64,000 nucleotides of DNA from positions 480,001 to 544,000 of the forward strand of contig CAWJPJ010000008.1 in assembly GCA_963844715.1 (NCBI GenBank), in the 5' to 3' direction. The notes below the pieces were generated by a model. It saw only the letters and a list, made by a program, of their open reading frames with translations. It made no database searches and was not told where the DNA came from. A program made the position numbers and the translations under genes. This document shows positions 22,452 to 33,600 of the stretch, in pieces (position 1 is the first letter of the stretch; every line of letters begins with the position of its first letter). The DNA is from an uncultured Phycisphaerales bacterium (GTDB lineage: Bacteria; Planctomycetota; Phycisphaerae; Tepidisphaerales; Tepidisphaeraceae).

Positions 22452-22676
22452 ATGCCGCAATTGCCGGTCATCAGCGGCCGCGAGGCCCGCCGGGCATTCG
22501 AAAAGGCTGGTTGGAGTTTCAACCGTCAGCGCGGAAGCCACATGATTTTGATCAAGAGTGGCGTTTCCGTGAATCTATCCGTTCCGGACCATCGTGAGTT
22601 GGATCGCGGTCTGCTTCGCGGACTAATTCGTGACGCGGGAATCACCGTCGACCAGTTCATCGAACTATTGAAGTGA
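22452..22676 (+). CDS. hicA: HicA toxin
   Basis: RQRGSHMIL...SVPDHREL...GLLRGLIRDAGI. Confidence 0.9.
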   Translation: MPQLPVISGREARRAFEKAGWSFNRQRGSHMILIKSGVSVNLSVPDHRELDRGLLRGLIRDAGITVDQFIELLK

Positions 22677-22682
22677 CTGTCA

Positions 22683-24475
22683 ATGGAAGCCATCCGCACC
22701 CGATATCGTACTCACACTTGCGGCCAACTTCGCGATAGCGATGTGGGTCAGGCCGTCCAATTGGCTGGGTGGGTCCATTCCTATCGCGATCACGGGAATT
22801 TGGTGTTTGTGGACCTTCGCGATCGCGATGGCCTGACCCAACTGGTGTTGGACCCCGATCTTTGCGGAGAGGCCCACCACGACGAGGCCCGCAAGCTTCG
22901 CGGCGAATGGGTCATCAGCGTCAGCGGGGAAGTCTCGGCCCGCGCGGCGGATGCGATCAATCCGAAGCTGCCGACTGGGAAGATCGAGGTGCGGGTCAAG
23001 GATTTGACGGTGCTGAGCACGTCGCCGACGCCGCCCTTTTCGCCGGACGAGCATGAGACGGTTTCGGAAGAGAAGCGGCTGACGTATCGATATCTGGACC
23101 TCCGACGGGCCGTGATGCAGCAGACTCTGCGCATTCGCCACCGGGTCACCAAGATGATGCGGGATCATCTTTCGGATCAGGGATTCTGGGAGATCGAGAC
23201 GCCGTTTTTGACCAAGTCTACGCCGGAGGGGGCGCACGATTTTATTGTGCCGGCCAGGCTCATGCCGGGAAGTTTCTATGCCTTGCCGCAGTCGCCGCAA
23301 CTCTTCAAGCAATTGCTGATGGTCGCGGGGTGCGACAAATACATGCAGATCGTGCGCTGTTTCCGCGACGAGGACCCCCGCGCGGATCGGCAGGCGGAAT
23401 TCACGCAGCTCGACGTCGAGATGTCGTTCGTCGATCGGGAAAACGTGATCGCCGTCATCGAGGGTCTGCTGCGGCGGATTTGGAAGGAAATCCTCGGCAA
23501 GGAAATCCCCAACCCGATCCCACACATGGACTACGACCAGGCGATGAACGAGTACGGCTCGGATCGCCCGGACTTGCGCTTCGGAATGAAGCTGGCGGAC
23601 GTCACCGATCTGGGCCAGCGCACGGATTTTGGGGTGTTCAAGAATGCGGCGATGGTCAAGGCCATTGCCGTGCCCGGCGGCGGGAAACTGAGCCGGAAAG
23701 ATACGGACGCGCTTGCCGAATGGGCGAAGGGATTTGGCGCAAAAGGGCTGGCGGTGACGAAAGTCACGGCCAATGGGCCGGATACGGGTGTCGCCAAGTT
23801 CCTCGCGCCGATTGCGGCGGATTTGATCCAGCGCACGGGCGCGAAGGAGGGCGATCTCCTTTGCTTTGCAGCCGACAAGCCCAAAGTCGTGCACAAAGTT
23901 CTTGGCGAGCTTCGCCTGAAGATGGCGCCGATCTTAGTCTGACTCCATCGGCGGAATTCGCCTGGGTCTGGGTGGTCAACTTTCCGCTTCTGGAATGGGA
24001 TGAGGAGGAGAAGCGGTTTGTCAGCACGCATCATCCCTTCACGTCGCCGCTAGATGAGGACGTGTCGAAACTCGATAGCCGCGAGCAGGCGGTTGTCGAG
24101 TCGATCAAGGCCAAGGCTTATGACATCGTGGTCAACGGCAGCGAAGTCGGCGGGGGGTCGATCCGTATCCATCGCATGGATGTTCAGCAAAAGCTCTTTT
24201 CCTTGCTGGGCATCGACGACGCGGCACAAAAGCTGAAATTCGGATTCCTGCTCGATGCCCTGCACTATGGCGCTCCGCCGCACGGCGGGATCGCCCTGGG
24301 TGTCGATCGGCTGATCATGATTCTCCGCGGCATCCCCAACATCCGCGACGTCATCGCGTTCCCCAAAACTCAGAGCGGGGCCGATCTGATGTGCCAGGCG
24401 CCTAGCCCCGTCGATCAGCGGCAACTGAACGAAACGCACATTCGCGTCGTCTTGCCGCAGAAAAAAGAAGCCTGA
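22683..24475 (+). CDS. aspS: Aspartate--tRNA ligase (frameshift near 23927)
   Basis: RTHTCGQL, FVDLRDRDG, LPQSPQLFKQ, CFRDED; HHPFT, GGGSIRIH, GAPPHGG in the second frame. Confidence 0.96.
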
Positions 24476-24484
24476 TTCGAAATC

Positions 24485-25279
24485 ATGAGCTCCGATCCGC
24501 GCGACAAGGTCTATCACGATCTGATCGACCGCCAATTGGTCGAAGACGAGGCCAAAACGCGCGCCTCAGCGCATCAAATCTTCAAAGTCCTTTTCGAGTT
24601 CGTCCGGCCGCAATCCGTTCTTGACGTCGGCTGCGGCGTGGGGAGCTGCCTCAAAGCGGCGCAGGAGATCGGGGTCGCCGAAGTCCGCGGGATCGAAGGG
24701 AATTGGCTGGATCGCTCCAAACTCGTGGTTGATTCCGCCTTGGTGGAGACGCGCGATCTGGAACAGGGCTTTTCCCTGGGCCGGCGATTTGATCTGGTGA
24801 TCTGCCTGGAGGTGGCCGAACATCTCAGCCCGGAATCGGCCAATCGTTTTGTGGAGAATCTTTGCGCTCATGGCGATTTGGTTCTCTTTTCTGCTGCCAT
24901 TCCGTTCCAAGGCGGGCACCATCACCTGAACGAGCAATTCCCGGATTACTGGGCCGGGCTTTTTTCATCGCAGGGATTTCGATCCGTCGATCTGATCCGT
25001 CCGCGGATTTGGAACGACGAATCGGTCTGGTACTGGCTGAGGCAAAACACGATTCTTTTCGCGCACCAGCGCGTCCTGGATTCGAACGAAAAGCTCCGAC
25101 AGGAGTCCGAGCAAAGCCGACCCCTGAACCTGGTGCACCCCTTTTATTACCTGGTGCGGATGAACGAAGTGAAGAAAATCACCGATCAGCACAACGCGAT
25201 AATCAACGTCCTGAAAACCGGCGGGGTCTTCGACGTCACACCCCTGCCGGACGGCAAGGTGAGGATTACCAAGCGCTAA
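24485..25279 (+). CDS. Class I SAM-dependent methyltransferase
   Basis: VLDVGCGVG, FDLVICLEVAEHL, FSAAIPFQGG. Confidence 0.85.
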   Translation: MSSDPRDKVYHDLIDRQLVEDEAKTRASAHQIFKVLFEFVRPQSVLDVGCGVGSCLKAAQEIGVAEVRGIEGNWLDRSKLVVDSALVETRDLEQGFSLGRRFDLVICLEVAEHLSPESANRFVENLCAHGDLVLFSAAIPFQGGHHHLNEQFPDYWAGLFSSQGFRSVDLIRPRIWNDESVWYWLRQNTILFAHQRVLDSNEKLRQESEQSRPLNLVHPFYYLVRMNEVKKITDQHNAIINVLKTGGVFDVTPLPDGKVRITKR

Positions 25280-25359
25280 CGATCTTGCAGCCGCGCAAGG
25301 GCGCTCCGGGGTCGCCTCCTGTTGCAATTGCAGCGGCAAAGCTCACAATCCATTCCGGT

Positions 25360-26860
25360 ATGATTCGTACGAAGATCGTCGCCACCATGGGTCCAGCGTG
25401 TGGCGACGTGGAGATGCTGTACTCGCTGTTTCAGGCCGGGGTTGACGTCTGCCGGCTGAATTTCTCGCACGGGGACCTGGACGCCCATTTGCAGATGCTT
25501 CGGAACATTCGCGAAGCCGCGGCGCGGTGGGACCAGCCGATCGCTGTTTTGGGGGATTTGTGCGGACCGAAAATCCGGCTGGGGAAGATTGCCGACGTGG
25601 ACGGGACCGGCGGCCTGTCAATCAACTCGGGTGAGCAACTCATCATTCAGCGCCGCGATATTCCGGGCGCCGGCAAGCGCGTCACCAGCATCTATGCCCA
25701 TCTTGTCGACGATGTGCAGGTCGGTCATCGCGTCCTGATCGAGGACGGCCTGCTCCGCTTCATTTGCACGGAAAAGAATTCCAACGAGGTGAAATGCAAC
25801 TGCACAGTCGGCGGGATTCTTCGCAGCTCCAAGGGAATCAACCTTCCCGACACAAGCGTGAATATCGCGTCGATCACCGATCGCGATTGGGAATGCGTGG
25901 ACTGGGCGGTGGAGAACGATCTGGATTATCTGGCCCTCTCCTTTGTCAGGAAGCCGGAGGATCTGCAATTGCTCCGGGAGCATTTGCGGAACAAGGAGAG
26001 CGACATCCACCTGATCGCGAAGATCGAAAAGTCCGAGGCCCTGGATCACATCGAGGCGATAGTTGAATCGAGCGACGGCCTGATGATCGCCCGGGGCGAT
26101 CTGGGCGTGGAACTGGACATCGCCCGGGTACCGATCATTCAAAAAGACCTAATCCGCCGCTGCCAGACCTCGGGCAAGCCGGTGATCGTCGCCACGCAGA
26201 TGCTGCAGACGATGATCGAGCAGGCCAGTCCCACTCGCGCGGAAGTCAGCGACGTCGCCAACGCGATTTTTGACGGGACCGACGCGGTGATGCTGAGCGG
26301 GGAGACGTCGGTGGGCAAATTCCCGCTGGGATCGGTGCATATGATGTCGCACGTGGCGGGCGTGACGGAGGATTATTTGATCGCCTCGCGGTCGGCGCAG
26401 GCGACGCTTCCCCAGCCGGGCTCGCCGACGCTGCGATTTTCGGTGGCGGTGGCGCCGCGGGGTGAGGCAGATCGTCGCCGATCTGAAGGTAAAGCTGGTG
26501 GTGATCTGGAGCCAGACGGGAGCGACGGCGCGGATTTTTTCCAAGAGCCGGTTTCCGGTTCCGCTGGTGGCGCTGTCCAGCGACCATCGAGCGCTGCGGC
26601 GGGCGGCGCTGCATTATGGCGTGATTCCCTTCGAAATGGCGCCGCCGCAAACGATGCTCGATCTGGTTGAAGGCGTGGACAACATGGTTCGCACGCGCAA
26701 ATTTGCCACGCCGGGCGACCGCATTGTGATCGTCACCGGGGCGGCCCTGGGGACGCCGGGGACGATGAACGGCATTGTGATTCACACGGTGGGCGAGAGA
26801 TGGAGCGGGCAGGTTGAGAACGACCTCCCCGCCGCCGCGACGGAATCAGGATGGTCATGA
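25360..26860 (+). CDS. pyk: Pyruvate kinase (frameshift near 26455)
   Basis: RTKIVATMGP, RLNFSHG, IAKIE, MIARGDLGVE, ATQML, DAVMLSGET. Confidence 0.95.
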
Positions 26861-27501
26861 ACGCTCGCGTTGGTCTGCTTCTGGTGTTGCTGCTGGCGCC
26901 GCTTGGATGCGCCTCGGAGCCGGAAGGGGTTTCGATATCCCGGTCCGGGCCGGAGCGAACGATGGCCGCCGACATTCCCCCCGAGCAGGCGACCGCCACG
27001 TATTGGCTGGGGCAACCGACGCATGCTTCGGTGATGGGGTTCGATTTCAATAAATTATGCGATGCCTGTCTGGACGCGGCCAGGGACGAGCAGTTTACCA
27101 TCGACCGGACGGATTACCGCGACGGCCTGATCACGACACGTCCGCAAATCTCCCCGCAATTTTTCGAATTCTGGCGCCGCGACGCCGGGAGCTTTACGGA
27201 CGTCATTCAAAGCTCCTTGCAGACGATTCGCCGGACGATTCGCTTTGAGCTTTCGCGTTCCGAGGACGGCCTGTTTACGGCCCGGCCGAAGGTGCTCGTC
27301 GAAAAGTTATCGATCGTCCAGCGGCGGATCACCTCGGTGGCGCAATATCGTTATGTGTTTTCACCGCTCAGCACGGATGCGACATTCACGACGTCTGAGG
27401 GGAAAAGCGTGCCGACGCGATATTGGTACGCGATCGGGCGCGACGAAGCGATGGAACGGCAGCTCGCCGACGCGGTCGCCAGAAAACTGCGGGACGACTG
27501 A
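26851..27501 (+). CDS. Putative lipoprotein
   Basis: Signal peptide with lipobox LAPLGC; coupled to pyk. Confidence 0.7.
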   Translation: MVMNARVGLLLVLLLAPLGCASEPEGVSISRSGPERTMAADIPPEQATATYWLGQPTHASVMGFDFNKLCDACLDAARDEQFTIDRTDYRDGLITTRPQISPQFFEFWRRDAGSFTDVIQSSLQTIRRTIRFELSRSEDGLFTARPKVLVEKLSIVQRRITSVAQYRYVFSPLSTDATFTTSEGKSVPTRYWYAIGRDEAMERQLADAVARKLRDD

Positions 27502-27502
27502 A

Positions 27503-28294
27503 TTATTCGTAAAGAACCAGCGGCCTGGGCGGAGAGATAAGGCCGTATTCGCTTGCCAGGCGGTGAAAGAGTTCGATAGCCGCCAATTGCACGGGGCCGA
27601 CATCGTACTTGAGATGCTCGGCCAAATACCGGCGGGCCAGGTCGGGTGGCCAGCCGCGGGCAGCGGCGTGCTCGGCGACGATCGATTCCAAATTGGCCCG
27701 GCCCGCTTGTTTCGCCTGCTCCAGTCGGATCGGCAGGTCTCCCAAATCGACCCCGGCACGTGCGGTCCAGACGGCAAAAACGAACGGCATCCCGGTCAAT
27801 TCCTTCCAGGCTTCTCCAAGATCCATCTGATGCTCCATCCCGGGCGGATCGGTGATGACCTTATCCCCGATGAGGAGCACTGCGACTACCGTTTGGGTTT
27901 TCGCGCGGTCGGTTGAGGTCCAGAATCTTCGGCACAAGTTCCATTTCTGCTTCAAAATTATTTGCGCCAGCACCACGGAGGTGTGGCTTTCGACGTCGCA
28001 CGCGAGCGATTCGATTTTGGACAGCGGCGAAGGGCTAAAGATGCGAACGGTCAGAGTCGGTCCATCCGAGCCGATGCCGCCGCTGGGAACAACCTTCAAG
28101 CCGGCCAATCGCTGGTAATCGATTACGGGCAATAGCGCCACGTCGCAGCGTTGGTGGCGCAAGCCATCGAGGAGACGGGCGGGAACGTCGAGGACCATTT
28201 CGATGTCGGGATCGTGGTCCAAATCGTAAATCAGAGGTTTGGCGTTCAGATAGCTGACGCTGCCAATGCGCAGAATCTTCCTCGTTTGATCCAC
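27503..28294 (-). CDS. mqnA: Chorismate dehydratase MqnA (futalosine pathway)
   Basis: GSVSYLNAKPL, SHTSV, LIGDK, DLGEAWKELTGMPFVFAVW. Confidence 0.9.
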   Translation of the reverse strand: MDQTRKILRIGSVSYLNAKPLIYDLDHDPDIEMVLDVPARLLDGLRHQRCDVALLPVIDYQRLAGLKVVPSGGIGSDGPTLTVRIFSPSPLSKIESLACDVESHTSVVLAQIILKQKWNLCRRFWTSTDRAKTQTVVAVLLIGDKVITDPPGMEHQMDLGEAWKELTGMPFVFAVWTARAGVDLGDLPIRLEQAKQAGRANLESIVAEHAAARGWPPDLARRYLAEHLKYDVGPVQLAAIELFHRLASEYGLISPPRPLVLYE

Positions 28295-28354
28295 GGCAAG
28301 ACCATAGCGAAAGGCGGAAGATTTGTGGAGATGCCAAGTATCGATTGCGGTGAA

Positions 28355-29499
28355 TTATTGCGGGGGAGACGCGGAGGCCTTGGAAGCGAGCCGTCGCCAG
28401 CGGGTTGGCGTCAGGCCGGTCGCCTGCTTGAATCGGCTGGTGAAATGGCTCTGATGCGCAAATCCGCACAATCGCGAGATTTCCACAAGATCCTTCTCTC
28501 CGGCGACCAAAAATATCTTCGCGCCAGCAGATTTGCCACTCGAGCAGAAAATGCTTTGGCGTGATCCCCAGGAGTTCGCTGAACCGGCGATGGAAATGAA
28601 AGGGGCTTAAATGCACGGTCTTGGCGATTTCATCCAGCGATGGGCCGCGCGAAATGCTCGCGCATGAACTGAACGGCGGGGATGAGGCGGGAAATCTCGC
28701 TGTCGGCGGCAAAATCCGCGGCCCGCAATACTTGCCAGTCCCAGGGATCAGGCTGAAGACAATAAAAGAGAATCGGGCCCTTGCCCAGCGCCGGATAGCG
28801 CTGGCAAAGGACGACATGAAACGCCCGCAATTCTCCATTTGAATCGGCGACGCTGAAGCGATTGCCCGGCTCGGCGCTGTCGAACGATTTAAAGCGCTCG
28901 CGCGCATCCTGGAGGACCTGGTCGAGCACGCGCGGGCCCACGCCGGTGCCTCCGACCGGTAATACGGCGCGGAGGTTGGAGTCGAAGGCAAAAAGCCTGC
29001 CGGTCGGCCGGTGCATCCACGCCGGCGGTTTGGGGTAGGCGGGCTCGGCGCGGCTTAACCGTTGCGAGGCGGCGATCTGCTGGGCCTGCTTGCCGAAATG
29101 ATCGAGTGATTGCATTTCCGCGTCGGTAAAATCCCCAAGGTCGGGTGAGCGATAGACCTGAAGCGCACCGGGATATCCGCCGAAGATGGGGGATTCGACC
29201 GGCACGGCCGCGGCGAAGCCGAATCGGCCCGACTGCATCAATCCGGTGTAGAAATTGGATGCCTCGAATTGTCCGTCGGCCCAGGCGTCGCGCGCCGGAC
29301 GGCGCGACGCTCGGCGATGGCGCGCCAAGTCATGGCATCTTCAAGATGCCAATCGCGCCGCGTAGCCCCTAAGCAGATCTTCGCGCACCGTCCCCGGCTG
29401 CACGACCTGAAGCCCCCCCCGAGGCATGGATGTCACAATCCATGCATCCGACAAACGTACGCTTTTTGCTAAGGTCTCAAAAAATGGACGATATGCCAC
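28355..29499 (-). CDS. AraC-family transcriptional regulator with large N-terminal sensor region (several indels)
   Basis: GTG at 29499 with GAGGAG RBS; SLDEIAKTVHLSPFHFHRRF and GFAHQSHFTSRFKQATGLTPTRWR HTH segments in alternating frames. Confidence 0.8.
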
Positions 29500-30167
29500 G
29501 TCTCCTCGGCAGTTCAGAACGCCCTAGGGTCGTTCGCTTACATAATGATTTCTGTGCCATAGCTCACCGATTATCTCGCAGGCGAGCCACACATATCGTG
29601 ATCAGAACTACTCACTTTCATCCAATTTGGATGGAAATAATTTGATCTCGACACAATTGGAGACCGAGGCAATTTGTTAACGTACAACATCATATGTGTC
29701 AACATATTTATGACCTAACACAAACAATCACAATAATTTATAAATCGTGGTCTCTTAACAAACCATTCATATCTAAAACAATCCACTGTTGTTTTGTGCA
29801 ATTATAGAGTGCAGAAAGTCAAATTGCACGTGCATGCACAGTGCTGCAGTTTTGGGGTTTTCGGAGAGCGGTGTTGCGTCGGGGAGACGCAGGTCAATCG
29901 AATGAGGTGCTCAGGCGACAGACGGAATAAACGGACTCAACTGGCGCGGGTCACGCATCACGTATCTCAAGGCTGGCGCGGGGGCTGGCTCAATTTCCGA
30001 TCGGCGGCACGGCACTTGTATACTCTGACCGCTAAGGAAATTCCCCATGCTGGCGCAGACTCACAAGTTCTCTGTTCTGGGACAAAAAGATCCGCATCGC
30101 GATCCTCGCTTTGGCGAGCTATCTGGCGATGTGCTAGATCGAAGTCCAAGACCTCGGCCTCGTCCAA

Positions 30168-30692
30168 TCACCCATGATCCGAACTGCTCCGCTTGCCGCT
30201 TGCTTTGGCTTCCGGGCTTACCCCAAAGATGTGGAATTGGTGTGAAAGCGGCTCGTACCCGTGCTCGCGGCAAATTTCGTCGCGCAGCTTTTTGAGCTTA
30301 TCGCTGTTGAATTCGATGACCTTCCCCGTATCGACGCAGATCAGATAATCGTACGCCTGCCTGCCCGCGATCACTTCGTAGTAGGACTGCTTGTTGTCGA
30401 AAAATACCTGCTTGAGCACGCCGGCGTCCTGAAGATGGGCGAGCGTTCGATAGACGGTGGCGCGGCTGACGCGATGGCCCAGTTCCCTCAGATGGATCGC
30501 CAATTGATCCGCCTCGAAGAGCCCGGTTTGCCGCAGGACCGCGTCGAGAATCATCGCGCACTCGGGAGTGAACTTCAGTTTCTCGCCATGCAAATAGCGG
30601 CGGAAAACCGCACATACCGGCTCGTAGGGCAAGGCGGATCGACCTGAGGGAACCTTGGGAAGATTAGGCAGAATGTGGCTGCCGGAGGACAT
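30168..30692 (-). CDS. Fur-family transcriptional regulator
   Basis: VSRATVYRTL, LICVDTGKVIEF. Confidence 0.9.
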   Translation of the reverse strand: MSSGSHILPNLPKVPSGRSALPYEPVCAVFRRYLHGEKLKFTPECAMILDAVLRQTGLFEADQLAIHLRELGHRVSRATVYRTLAHLQDAGVLKQVFFDNKQSYYEVIAGRQAYDYLICVDTGKVIEFNSDKLKKLRDEICREHGYEPLSHQFHIFGVSPEAKASGKRSSSDHG

Positions 30693-30733
30693 GATTTCAG
30701 TTTAGCCTTGCTTGAAGGGTTTGGCCAATTGGC

Positions 30734-30862
30734 GCGAAAACCAGAAACCCGGACCCAGAATGTCGAATCAATGCCCGAATGCTCAAATGACGGGAAAGCC
30801 CTTTCGCTCATTCGGATTTCGGGCTTGATTCTGGTTTCTAGTTTCGGATTTCTGGTTTCCGC
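30734..30862. repeat. Heptamer-repeat palindromic element (GAAACC[AC] family), copy A
   Basis: GCGAAAACCAGAAACCCG ... CGGATTTCTGGTTTCCGC arms with 7-nt periodicity. Confidence 0.85.
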
Positions 30863-30864
30863 AA

Positions 30865-31176
30865 CTAGCGGGTCAGGTTTCTTCCCGCCAGCGCTCGTGC
30901 GATGGTGGCGGGCGAGTTGGGGACGGAATTGGGGCCGTGGTCGTCGATGAGTTGGGCGGTGAGGCGGCGGTTTCCCTCGACCAGGGGCTTGCCGATGATC
31001 TGGGCGATCTGGTTGACCTCGTCCTGCTTGGCGGAGAGCTTCTTCTCCATCTCCTGGAGTTCCAGCTCGATCTGCTGGTATTCCCTGAGGGAAGCGGCGT
31101 ACAAATCCTCCCCTTCCGCGATCCACTCGGCAATGGACTTGGCCACGGTATTTACCTCCAAAATCCCCATGATCAT
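30865..31176 (-). CDS. Small coiled-coil hypothetical protein
   Basis: Heptad-like YQQIELELQEMEKKL, high-GC codon usage. Confidence 0.75.
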   Translation of the reverse strand: MIMGILEVNTVAKSIAEWIAEGEDLYAASLREYQQIELELQEMEKKLSAKQDEVNQIAQIIGKPLVEGNRRLTAQLIDDHGPNSVPNSPATIARALAGRNLTR

Positions 31177-31255
31177 GGTACATCCTGACTGTCGTCTAAT
31201 CCTGTGGGGACCATGACTAATTTAACTATTTTTGGCGTCCTATAAAACGGGAAAA

Positions 31256-31377
31256 GAAACCCGAAACCAGAAACTCGAATCCCGAATCAAACCAGAATGT
31301 CCGAATGACGAAACGACTTTTCGGTCATTTGGACATTCTGGTTTGGTTCTGGTTTCGGGTTTCGGATTTCTGGTTTC
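31256..31377. repeat. Heptamer-repeat palindromic element, copy B
   Basis: GAAACCC GAAACCA GAAACTC GAATCCC GAATCAAACCAGAATGTCCGAATGAC ... GTCATTTGGACATTCTGGTTTGGTTC TGGTTTC GGGTTTC GGATTTC TGGTTTC. Confidence 0.9.
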
Positions 31378-31415
31378 GCTTGACGCCGCTGCCTCTGGCC
31401 GCGAGATTCCCGCGC

Positions 31416-32593
31416 ATGGGCCGGTCTCGTGTGGGTGAAATCGCTCGCTACTTTACGCGGCTGGGTTTGACGGCCTTTGGCGGGCCGGCTGTGCATATTG
31501 CGATGATGGAAGAGGAATTGGTGGGCCGGCGGAACTGGCTCGACCGCCGGCAATTCCTGGATCTGGTCGCGCTGATCAACTGCATTCCGGGGCCGAATTC
31601 GACGCAATTGGCGATCGCTCTTGGGCGGCATCGCGGGGGTTGGCGCGGGCTGCTGGCGGCGGGGGCGTGCTTTATCTTGCCGGCCGTCATCATCATTCTG
31701 CCGATCGCCTGGCTGTATGTGACGTATCGGCGGCTTCCGAGCGTCACGGGGATGCTCCGGGGGATCGACGCGGCGGTCGTGGCGATTGTGATCATTGCCG
31801 TGGCGCGGTTCGCGCGATCGGCGGTTCGCAATCCTTTTGCGGCGGTGGTCGTGGGGTTGGCTTTTGCCGCGGAAATCGCCGCGCGGCATTTCAGATTTCC
31901 GATGGGGGATCTGGCGATCTTGGTCCTGGCTGGTGTTCTTGGCGCGAGCCGTTCGGCAAAACTGCGCATGGCCGCGCTCAATCCTCTGCTTCCGCTGATC
32001 GGAAGCTATCTGGCGGCGATCTCCGGGCCCTTGCTGATGGTCCTGCTCTTTTTACAGATCGGCGCCACGATTTTCGGAAGCGGGTACATGCTAATTTCGT
32101 ATTTGCAGACTTCCTTCGTCGATCATCACCACTGGCTCACGCAACGACAGTTGGTCGACTCGATTGCGGTTGGGCAAATCACTCCAGGCCCACTTTTAAC
32201 GACCGCGACGTTCGTCGGTTTTCTGCTGGGGCACAATCAATTCGGCTACGGCGTGGCTGGCTGCGTCGCCTGCGCCCTGGCGGCCACGGCGGCGATTTTG
32301 CGCCGTCGTTTGTGCTGGTGGCGATACTGGGGCGGTGGGTGGAGAGGATTCGTCGCTCGGATTCCGGCCGCGAGGCTTTGGACGCGATGAGCGCGGCGGT
32401 CATGGGGTTGATCGCCTACGCGGCGGTGGTGATGGCGGCGCAGGCGCTGGAGCCGCCGACCTCGTGGATTTGCGGCGGGATTCTCTTGGGGGCCCTGGGG
32501 ATTTTGATCATTGTTCCCAGGATCAATTCGACGTGGATCATTTTTCTGGCCGCGGTGGCGGGGTGGCTGCTGCTTTCGCACTCACCGGTTTAG
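31416..32593 (+). CDS. chrA: Chromate efflux transporter, long-chain CHR (frameshift near 32298)
   Basis: GLTAFGGP, IPGPNSTQ, GATIFGSGY, GQITPGP. Confidence 0.9.
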
Positions 32594-32604
32594 GTGAGTG
32601 GTCT

Positions 32605-32991
32605 TCACCGTTGCACCCATCGGGCCAGCAATTCGCCGCGGCTGCACACTCCAAAAGTCCTGTAAATCGACTTCACATAGACGTGGACGGTATGCCGGCT
32701 GATGGCGAGGCGGTTGGCGATTTCCTTCTCGGCGTTGCCTGCCAGAAGCAGTTCGAGGGTTTGCCGCTGGCGGGGGGAGAGGGGTTCGGTCGAGGGGAAC
32801 TTGGGCGGCTCGCCGTCGCCCTGGCGCGCCTGGTCGCCGAGCATTCTGCAAAACATGGCCACCAATCGGCGTTTTTTGGTGATGGAGTCGGAAAGATCGT
32901 CGGGGTCGGCGGAAAGCGAGCTGCGCATCACGCGCATCAAAGCCCGCACGTCGCCGACGCGGCTGCTCTCTTGTCGAATCGAAAAATGCAT
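32605..32991 (-). CDS. LuxR-type HTH transcriptional regulator
   Basis: LSPRQRQTLELLLAGNAEKEIANRLAISRHTVHVYVKSIY. Confidence 0.88.
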   Translation of the reverse strand: MHFSIRQESSRVGDVRALMRVMRSSLSADPDDLSDSITKKRRLVAMFCRMLGDQARQGDGEPPKFPSTEPLSPRQRQTLELLLAGNAEKEIANRLAISRHTVHVYVKSIYRTFGVCSRGELLARWVQR

Positions 32992-33189
32992 TGCATCACC
33001 ACAATAGGCGAATTGCTGGGTCGATCGGACGGCCCTTAACTATACCCGCCATGCTGAGCGGCGGCCAAGAGAATCGCGGAAGTGTTTTGCGAACTCTTCC
33101 TCTACGCCGGGCTGGCAGCGCACTTTTGGGCTCGTCGCAATTGGCGTAACAAAGTACTTCGCCGGAATTTCTGCGGTTTGCGGGCGGGA

Positions 33190-33230
33190 CCCCCCACCCT
33201 GGCCCTCCCCCCGAGTACGGGGAGAGGGGA
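33190..33230. repeat. REP-like palindrome, single copy
   Basis: CCCCCCACCCTGGCCCTCCCCCCGAGTACGGGGAGAGGGGA matches the 3572 and 50659 copies. Confidence 0.8.
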
Positions 33231-33283
33231 AAAGGAGTGCGCGGCCCGGGGAATTCGGCAGAACAATATCAAAGGAGTTTGCC

Positions 33284-33568
33284 ATGTCTCCGATCTTTCG
33301 TAAGTCCGGCAGGGATTGCTGGGTGGATGTGTATGACACGAGTTACTTTGGGGGGAAGTTGCGCCGCATATTCGGGCCGGTCGATCTGCGGCGAATGAGC
33401 GGCGGGAGCGTCATTGTCGGGCCGGGGGCGAAGGTTCAGGTTCTGGGCCGGCGCGGGCAAAAGCCCGTGGTGATCAATCTGAAGCCGAATCGAGTGGTGC
33501 CCGATCTTTCGGCGTCGCTGCGTGGCTCGGCAATTCAATCGGCCCGGGTGGACCATCCGGGGGCGTAG
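33284..33568 (+). CDS. Small basic protein, possible beta/gamma-crystallin-like fold
   Basis: AGGAG RBS; CWVDVYDTSYFGG...GP and SVIVGPGA resemble bacterial crystallin-like motifs. Confidence 0.55.
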   Translation: MSPIFRKSGRDCWVDVYDTSYFGGKLRRIFGPVDLRRMSGGSVIVGPGAKVQVLGRRGQKPVVINLKPNRVVPDLSASLRGSAIQSARVDHPGA

Positions 33569-33600
33569 CGCAATCCGCGGCCCCAACGCGGTTCAGCGGC

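Noticed and set aside
29967..30167. 66-aa ORF directly downstream of fur
   Set aside because: TTG start, no motif or clear RBS; cannot be supported, though it may be real.
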